Of a DNA stretch of 64,000 nt, positions 54,841 through 64,000 are shown in pieces. The DNA lies in the NCBI RefSeq assembly GCF_009914755.1, contig NC_060938.1; one strand, written 5' to 3'. A program made the translations under genes and the position numbers. A model generated the notes under the pieces. The model made no database searches and had not been told where the DNA came from. It saw only the letters and a program-made list of their open reading frames with translations. How positions within the stretch are numbered: the first letter of the stretch is position 1; every line of letters starts with the position of its first letter. The DNA is from the human T2T-CHM13v2.0 reference genome, Homo sapiens.

Positions 54841-57800
54841 ACCATTGTCTCTACCCCTTCCACCTGCACCTCTTGGGGCCCCATGAGCTTCCGGGCTCCA
54901 CCTCAGATGTGTGTATTCATACCCACCCAGCTTTAGGCTGCTTATGGACGTGTACTGTACCATGTCCAGACAGGCCCCTGTACAGCTATGTGGACATGTG
55001 CGTGCTCTGCAAGGAGCCCCAGAATCCCACAATTCTCTGGACAGAGAAAGCAGCCTGGGTGAAAGAACAGGCCAGACTCGCCTTGGTCTGGCCTCCTGGA
55101 GCCGACCCAGGCTGGGGTAGAAGAGCAGCCCCCCACACTCACAAGCCCGGGGCAGGGGGCTCTCCCAGCTGCCTGGCTGCCTCTATGGCCCCAGGAATGG
55201 TTCAAAAGGCTATGCCGCGTGCCCCGTCACATCGCACAAAAGGACATATTGATTGGTTTGTAGAAGCATTTCCTGGGGTGCTTTATATCTCTCTCCCTCG
55301 TCACCCATAATGAAGGGGCTGAGTGCACAGAGGAGGGAGAGGCCGGGACACATCCATCCGGGTGGGATTTCTTCATCTTATCAATCAGGACTTTAATTAG
55401 ACACGTCCGAGAGGGCAGTTCCATCTCGGGGCAGGCGGCAATCTTTATCAAGCATGCCACATCTCTAATTACTGTGTACTGACAGATAACAATTGGGGGG
55501 CAGGGTGGGGAGCCCAGGAGGCCGGAAAAGGACAGCAGGGCCCAGAGAGTGGCCATTCACCTAAGCAAAGTGTCCTTCCTAGACAACCTGGAGGGAATCG
55601 CTCTAACTCTATGCCCAGGGGCTGGGGATATGGCCTCAGATAACACCCCTCAGAGTGATGACTGGCACGAGGCGCAGAAAGTGGCTGGGTCAGGAGACGG
55701 ACAGATGTGAGCACCCCTGTGCCCCCGGCCCATGCTCCTGACACACATTTCTTTCTTTTCTTCACATCTGAGTTTTCTTTTTACTCAGAGTTTTTAATGG
55801 CATTGTTGAAAGAGCCAGGAAGACCTAGGCTTGAATCCTATGGTTCGGTTCCGTGGCTTCATGTCAGCCAGCTTATGTGACTTTAGACAAGTGACTTAGC
55901 CTCTCTGGGCTCGGTTGACTTCACTGCCACATGGAGACGGTTCTACCTCCTGGTAGGATTGCTGTGGCCGGGAACTGAAATGAGGTGTGTGCAGGAATGT
56001 GCGTTCTCCCCATCCCCACCTTTCTTCCTTCCTTGTCCATCAGGTGAATGGCTTTATTGAAGGAATGAGGAGCAATTCAGTATCATCAAAGGCTAAATAC
56101 AAAGTCTGTGCCTTTCTGGTGTGAATTTCCTGCTTAGCTGTGTTGACAAACCATGAGGGAGGACAAATCTGGACTTTGTAGACAAGGCACAATGCAGCAG
56201 GTTGGCAAACTCTGTCATGGGTGAGGGGCTCTGGCTTGGAGGTGATGGAAGAGGAATATGCTTCTGCAGTGGAGCTGAACTGCAATGTCTGCTCTCTCTG
56301 TTATGAACTGAGTGAGCTCGATCATTGGTTCTCTCTGAGCCTCAGTTTCCTCATGAGCAGAATAGATGTAATCATCCCTTCTCCCAGGGTTGGAGAAGGG
56401 GCATGTGAAGTACCGAGACTCAGCCTGCCCCTGCACCCAAGTAGCTGCCCAGAAGGTGGGTCGAGACAGGGTTTCCCCAAGCCCCCTCTAATCTGTGTGC
56501 TCCAGCCTCCTGCAAATGGGATTTTCTCTTGCTCCTTCCTGTCTTCATGGACTGAGTCTCCTCCCTCTGGGCTCCCTTCTCCCCTCTCCTAGGTCCTGGC
56601 GTTTCTCAGAAGAGAAGCCTGCACAGTCTTCGCTGAGTGCCCAGCCACGTTGCCCAGACAGCCCCCAGCTCTCCCTCAGCTGGTTCTCGGCCTGGGGGCC
56701 TTATGTCCTGCTGTCCTCGTCCCCTCCCCAGCCACCACATTGTGACCACTTTCAGAGATACCTCAACATTCACACCTCACTGGCGGGGGCTTCAGCAAAC
56801 AGTTCATGTACTCCCCTCCCTGTGGCCTCCTGGAAGCCCTCAGGTTTCACCCGGCTCTCCTGCCTCCCTCAGAACTCTTGTCCCCAGGCCCTGCGGGCTG
56901 ACATTTCTCTTGAGACTTGGCCTGAAAGCCTTTAGTGCTCCTGGCCTCCAGGGTCTCAGGCCAAGTTTCCTAGGGAAGATGGGCCATGAGGTCTCCAGGG
57001 AATAGAGTGGGGAAACAAAAGTATGTGCTGTTCTTGATGATCATTAAATTGATCAAGGCAGTCTTGCTAGTTGGATAGCTCAATCCCTGCTCAGAGAAGT
57101 TAGCAAATTAATAAGCCCACCCACTGTCTCTGGGAGCCAGAATTTGACCCTAGCTTTGGTGTCCAGTTGGTATTCTTTAAACTACCTGGAGGGAAGTGAG
57201 TAAGGCTGGGCACTGGAGGCATGAGAATACCTGAGGATGCATCTGGATAAGAATTCTCACATAAAGCTTTGGCAAATTCATGCTTGTCCTTCTCCAGGCT
57301 GGCAGCGTAAAACCTGCTGGAGAATGGTGAGGAGTTGGAGGTGGTACTCTGGCAAGAGTCCACATGTCCCTGAGATTGCCCAGTGAGGCCATGGCCTGGA
57401 GTTGGGCTGATGGGGACCCCAGGGAGGAACTTCAGAATGCTAGGCAGGTTGGGACATGGGAGGGCAGGTGGTGGCAGCAGTGATGCGGGTATACAGAGAA
57501 GGATAAGGTGAAGTCTCACCTCAAAGACATCAGAGCGTATTTGGGGCAACGGGGCTAACACACAGGCCCTATTAGAGAATAACAAAGGGCCCCACTGGGT
57601 GGCATTGTGAGAGTTCCCAGGAAGGAGTCAGCACAATGGTCCTGAGTGGCAGGAGGCTTTCCCAGGGGTGAGCAGCCTTCTCCCTCTGGCTCTCTAAATC
57701 AGACACACCTTTCAGAAGAGGTGGCATTCTGGCAGGAAAGAAGGAACAGCATGGGCAAAAGTGAGGGGCAACAGGGAACTTGGTGAGAGCCCTAAGCAAG

Positions 57801-58194
57801 CCTGTAGGCAAAGCCCACTGAGCCCTCAGACCACTCCAAGACCAGGGAAATATTGCTGATTACAGTAAGGGCATTCTTCCACCTGACACCTGTCATGATG
57901 CTGATGCTGGTGCTCCCACTTGCAGCTGCTGTGGTCATCTCCACTCGTTCAGGTGAGGAGCCTGAAGCTCAGACAGGCAAAGAGAGGAACGGGCGTGGCT
58001 GTCTGCTTAAGGTTATAGGCTATGGAGCCAAAGACTTCTGGTTTGAATTTGGTCCGCATGAGCTTTGATTTCCCCATCTGTAAAGTGGGAATAGTAAGGT
58101 CCATGCCACAGGGTTGTTGGATGTTGACCACTTAGCACATCTCCTGGCATGATTCCTTATAGGAACTTGACAAATAATAACTGACTTTTTTGTT

Positions 58195-58740
58195 TGTTTA
58201 GAAAATTCTTGTTGAGCATCTACTCCATGCCAGGCATTGTGACAGGTCCTGGGATCACAGCAGTGAACTTGACAGCCACGTTCCTGCTTTCAAGCCTTTT
58301 ATGTTCCAGTAGAAAAATGGGCAGGGATCGAGTAAGCAAAGAATGAGATCATTACAAATTAGACTAAACTGCAGTGAAGGAAATGAACAAGGTGATGGAG
58401 TGGACAGGGGAGATGAAGGGATCCAGAAGATCCCCTAGACAGGGCATTCAGGGAGGGCCTCTCAGAACTTCTGACCTCAGGCCTGAGAAGTGAGGAAGAT
58501 TCAGTCATTGCCAAGAGCAGCCCAGGCAGAAGGAACAGTGGATACAAAAGTCCGGGTCTTCAGAATGTTAGAGGAACAGAGATGAACTGAGCCAAGTGAG
58601 AGGGAGGGTGGTCCAAGAAGTTGTTGGAGAGACAGATTAAGCAGGGCCTTGTACATCCTGGCAAGGAGTTGGTGGTTTATTCTAGGTATGGCATAAAGTC
58701 ATGGGATGGTTTTAAGTAGGGGAGTGATGGCATGATGCCA
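58195..58740 (-). mobile_element. L2 fragment
   Basis: TTGAGCATCTACTCCATGCCAGGCATTG...GGTTTTAAGTAGGGGAGTGA. Confidence 0.75.
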
Positions 58741-58799
58741 ATCAGTGTTTGAGAACATGGACTCTGAAGTCAGACTGTTTGGATTCGAATCCAACAAGT

Positions 58800-59270
58800 G
58801 TAACCACCTCCCTCAAACTTAGTGTCTTAAAATATCAACAATCCTTTCTTTTGCTAACAAATCTGAAATGTGGGCAGGGCTTGGGGAGAGTGACTTGTCA
58901 CCACACCTTGCAGTATCAAGCTGGGGTGGCTCAGCTGGAGCTGGAGGTGATGCCCACTCACATGTGTAGCAGGTGGTGCTGGTTGTTGACTGGGAGCTCA
59001 GTCGAGGGGACTGTCAGCCAGGGGCCTCAGTTCTTCTCCACGTGGGCCCCTCCACGGGGCTGCTTGGGCTTCCTCATAGCATGGTGATTAGGTTCCAAGA
59101 GCAAATGTTCCAAGCTGCATGGCTTCTTCTGACCTAGCCTTGGAAATTATGCATCATCGTTTCCACTTCATTCTGTTGATTAAGCTAGTTACTAGGGCCA
59201 GCCCAAATTCAAGGGGACAGAAATAAAATCATTAATTTGTAGGAGGAGGAGTAAAGAATTTTCAGCCATG
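58800..59270 (-). mobile_element. MLT1-type MaLR LTR
   Basis: AAACTTAGTGTCTTAAAA...GCTGCTTGGGCTTCCTCATAGCATGGTG...GGCCAGCCCAAATTCAAGGGG. Confidence 0.75.
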
Positions 59271-59419
59271 AACTACAGAAATTTAGAGAGGTAGGCTAGA
59301 TCAGAGACAAATCAGGCAAACCCTTGTAGGTAATGGTAAGACATTTTAATTTAAGTGTAATGTGAAGTCACTGGATGATTTTAGGTAGGGAGTGATGTCA
59401 AATATAGTGGGAGATAGAC

Positions 59420-59650
59420 TGAATATGAGGATTAGACTGCCTGGATTTGAATGGTGCCTGCGGCAATAATTATTAGCTTCAGAAATATTTCATTACTTCT
59501 CTGGGCTCAGTTTTCTCATCTGTAAAATGAGATCAGTAACAGTACTAACCTCAGAGGGTGATTGTGAGGATGGAATAAATTTAATTCTGTAAAAGACTTA
59601 GAATAATGCCTGGCATGTGTTATGTGCTCAAAATATTCACTATTGTTATT
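59420..59650 (+). mobile_element. MIR
   Basis: CTCAGTTTTCTCATCTGTAAAATGAG...TGTGAGGATGGAATAAA...TGCCTGGCATGTG. Confidence 0.85.
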
Positions 59651-59664
59651 AGTGTTGTGCTTTT

Positions 59665-61113
<1,449 letters not shown>

Positions 61114-61281
61114 AGTGTTGTGCTTTTCAACACTTGCCCTGGCTGCTCTGTAGAGGAGGAGTTGCAGAGTAGCTTGAATAAGATCAGAGAGACCCAATTA
61201 ATAAAGCCAAGACTTGAATTCAGACCTTCCGGGCTCTGTCTCACGTTTGTTTTTTAGGTAGGTACTGTGTGCCAGGCTGTG

Positions 61282-61612
61282 TGTCTTGCTTTCCCAGGGC
61301 TGCTGTCACAAATTGCCACACACCAGGTAGCTTCAAACAACAGAAATGGATTCTTTTGCAGTTCTGGAGGCCAGAAGTCCAAAATCAAGGTGCTGGCAGG
61401 GCCATTTGAGGAAGGATCTGTCCATGCCTCTCTCCTGGTATCCGGTGGTTGCCGGAAACGCTTGGTGTTTCTTGGCCTGTAGACATATCATTAGGGCCCG
61501 CTTTAATCTCACATGACCTCATCTTGATTACACAGGCAAAGATCCTATTTCTAAATAAGCCCGCATTCACAGAGTGGACATGGATTTTGAGGATATACTA
61601 TTCAACCCAGTA
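61282..61612 (-). mobile_element. MLT1 (A-C type) LTR
   Basis: CAGGGCTGCTGTCACAAATTGCCAC...GTTCTGGAGGCCAGAAGTCCAAAATCAAGGTG...CTATTCAACCCA. Confidence 0.85.
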
Positions 61613-62679
61613 TATGGTCAGGGCTAAAAAGATGGAATCCATGCAGATCCTGCCCTTAAGGTGAAGGAAAGCTGCTCCTCCAACTTCTGTAATACTTGGT
61701 GGGGAACTGCTATGTGTCCTAAGTGGGAATGCTAACCCCTCTGATCGGCTGAGACGCCTACAGCCCAGCCTTCTCTAAATCCCCAAAGGCCAGACCCTGA
61801 AATGACTTCCACCCGGGGCACCCATCCCTGGCTCACCCAGGGCAACACCCTTAGTGTCCTGGGTTTGAAAGCAGGAGGCAGAGAGCATAGGGGTCTGCAG
61901 GTTGCTTTTGTCTGCTGGAGGGACTCCCCTGGGGCTAGGCCTCAAGACACCATGGGGGCTTGGTGCTGGGTGAGCTGACCTGAGCCTGGATTTCTGGCTG
62001 GGAGTGCCAGCCTCCATGCCCCTCCTTCCCATCCCTCAGGCAGCCCGGCTGTGCCCAGGCACCTCAACTGGGAGCTGCTTCTGGGGGCTGCTCCCCCACA
62101 TGCCCAGACCACGGGAGCATCTGCCCCAGCTGCTCCAGACAGGCCATCCCCAGCCAAGCCAAGCCAGAGTCCTGCAAGGTCTGAGAGGTGTGCCCAGGAT
62201 CCACCAGGATTCTGTAATTGGACTGCTGTTCTTTCATTTTGCCACGCCGTAGTCTGTGGATTATAGACACCACATGCTATAGATTTCCTGTCAGAGCTCA
62301 TGAATCAAGCCCCACTGTCTTATTTACTGTCGGCCAGCAGCTGTGAATAACATCACCCCCAACACACATGCTCACAGGCACGTGCTTATGCAAACACTGC
62401 CCGCAGAGCCAGGCCAAGGCTGGGACCCAGATGCCACTATGGGGGCTGTAGCAGGAAGTGAGGTTTCTCTGACACCTTTGTCCCTTACCCTGGCCTCTTG
62501 GAAACAAGCAGTCTCCCTATATCACCCTGTAGGGAGACTGATGCCTTCAGATGTCATCTTTCCTCATCCACCTCAGGGTTACTGTCTGTGGGCTGAAGGA
62601 GGAGTCCAGACCCTAGACTAGGCTGTGAGCTATCAGCCTATGCCTATGTATGTGGGTAGTGGGAAAAGATTACTATTGT

Positions 62680-63145
62680 GCATGGACTCTGGAGGCAGAG
62701 AGATGTGGTTCAAATCCCAGCCAGGTCTCTTAGTACTTATGCAATCCTGAGCTGGTTACATGTTCCCTGAGTCTTAGTTTCCGCACCAATAAAATGGGGA
62801 CAGTATTTGCTCATGAAGTGTGTGTGTGTGTGTGTGTCACACACACACAGAGAAAACTAAATGAGAATTAAATGGGTAACACTTAGCACAGAATGGGGGG
62901 CCCAATACTCTAAGCTACTATTATGGACGCTAAAGCCAGTGCCTGCAACAGTGCATGTCATAGACACTGAAATAGCTCACTTAATCTGCCCAACAACTCT
63001 TCCAGGTAGGTATCTCTTCATTTTGCATATAAAGAACCCAAAGCTCAGAGGGGTTAAGTAATTTGTCCAAAGTTGTACAGCTAGTAAGTGATGGAGCCTG
63101 GACTCCAATCCAGTTCTGCCTGACCCCAAGGTCCAGAGCATCTCT
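62680..63145. mobile_element. Two MIRs tail-to-tail (+ ~62680-62920, - ~62935-63145)
   Basis: GGTTCAAATCCCAGC...TTAGTTTCC...AAAATGGGG, then GCTCAGAGGGGTTAAGTAATTTGTCCAAAGTTGTACAGCTAGTAAGTG. Confidence 0.75.
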
Positions 63146-63459
63146 ATTACACTCACCTTGAGGTCAAGGACTCTGAGCAAACAGTTCAGGAGACTCCTCA
63201 CCCCACTGAGTCACCAACCAGTCAGATCACCAATGGGCAGCAGCCACTTCCTTTCTCCTACCTGAGGGCACAGACCATGTGTGTCTAATTCACTGTTCTT
63301 TCTATATGTGACAAATGGTCAGGAAATACTTGGATGGATAGGTGGATGCTGGATAGATGGCTGTGTCCCTACAGATGTCATAAGAATGACATCTGAGTAT
63401 GTTTTAAACTAAATACCTACCACACTTCCCAATGAATTTCTTTTGTTCAGTATCCTTCA

Positions 63460-63539
63460 TTAAGTTGGTGCAAAAGTAATTGTGAGTTTTGCCATTACTT
63501 TCAATGGCAAAAACCTCAATAACTTTTGCACCAACCTAA
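63460..63539. mobile_element. MADE1 (Hsmar1-derived MITE), full-length 80-bp palindrome
   Basis: TTAAGTTGGTGCAAAAGTAATTG...CAATAACTTTTGCACCAACCTAA; flanked by CA (mutated TA) and TA. Confidence 0.95.
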
Positions 63540-64000
63540 TAATTATTAGCCACTTCAAGGTGGCACAAACCTGGTAAAATCATCATTAAAATGCAAATTC
63601 CTTCACTTCAATTTAAAGAGAGATGTCAGATGTCCACAAAGGAAACACTGATAACCTTTCCCCCAGGCTCAGCACCAGACCCAGCCCTGTGGTGGGTGTC
63701 TGGGGCTTGAGACTGTTAGTTTCCATAGACTTGCAAGAGGCTGTACTTACAGGACAACAGGAGGTTTTCCAACGTGAATATTGTTTCCGTCATACCCACA
63801 CAGGCTGGTTTCTTAGTATTCTTTCCTTGTGTCTAAAATGTAAGTCAGGAAAGAGGACCAGACTTCAATTTTCCTGGGCTGTCCTCCTGCTCACCTGTGC
63901 AAGACCTCAGAATCATCCTTAGCCAACTGAATTCTTAAAGCCAGTGCAGTTCCTGAGAAAACAGGTCACTCAGTCTCTCCAAGCCTCAATTTCCTAGTCC

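Noticed and set aside
62818-62849. (GT)10(CA)6 mini-hairpin
   Set aside because: Real but a short microsatellite inside a MIR; no functional evidence.
63591-63598. Octamer ATGCAAAT as a pluripotency site
   Set aside because: Context TTAAAATGCAAATTCCT resembles a MER5-type relic and there is no adjacent SOX motif. The lone octamer at 28483-28490 also lacks a SOX partner.

Overview
Primate (human-like) non-coding genomic DNA. No intact protein-coding ORF is present: the ORF track consists of Alu/L1/low-complexity read-throughs and chance ORFs. Positions 1-~23.6 kb are dense in transposon relics (old L1M, L2, MIR, MaLR LTRs, many Alus). A nearly repeat-free zone at ~24.7-30.6 kb contains a + strand promoter (MEF2/TATA-like CTATTTATAG, E-boxes, PBX/MEIS and GATA motifs) and a short ATG-free first exon ending in ...CCAAGCAT|GTGAGT, i.e. 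a start codon split by the intron. From memory this fits the far-upstream first exon of ESRRB (isoform starting MLLNR-MSSDD); this is recall, not a search, and the joining exon is outside the window. The rest (26.2-64 kb) looks like a long first intron with several motif-dense candidate enhancers, a 1.2-kb AT-rich expansion inside an Alu inside MER33, a twin-primed inverted L1, a young truncated AluY and a full-length MADE1 hairpin. I found no evidence for a wholly new multi-gene system; the best leads are regulatory and retrotransposition-mechanism observations. Repeat subfamily names come from remembered consensus sequences and their boundaries are approximate.
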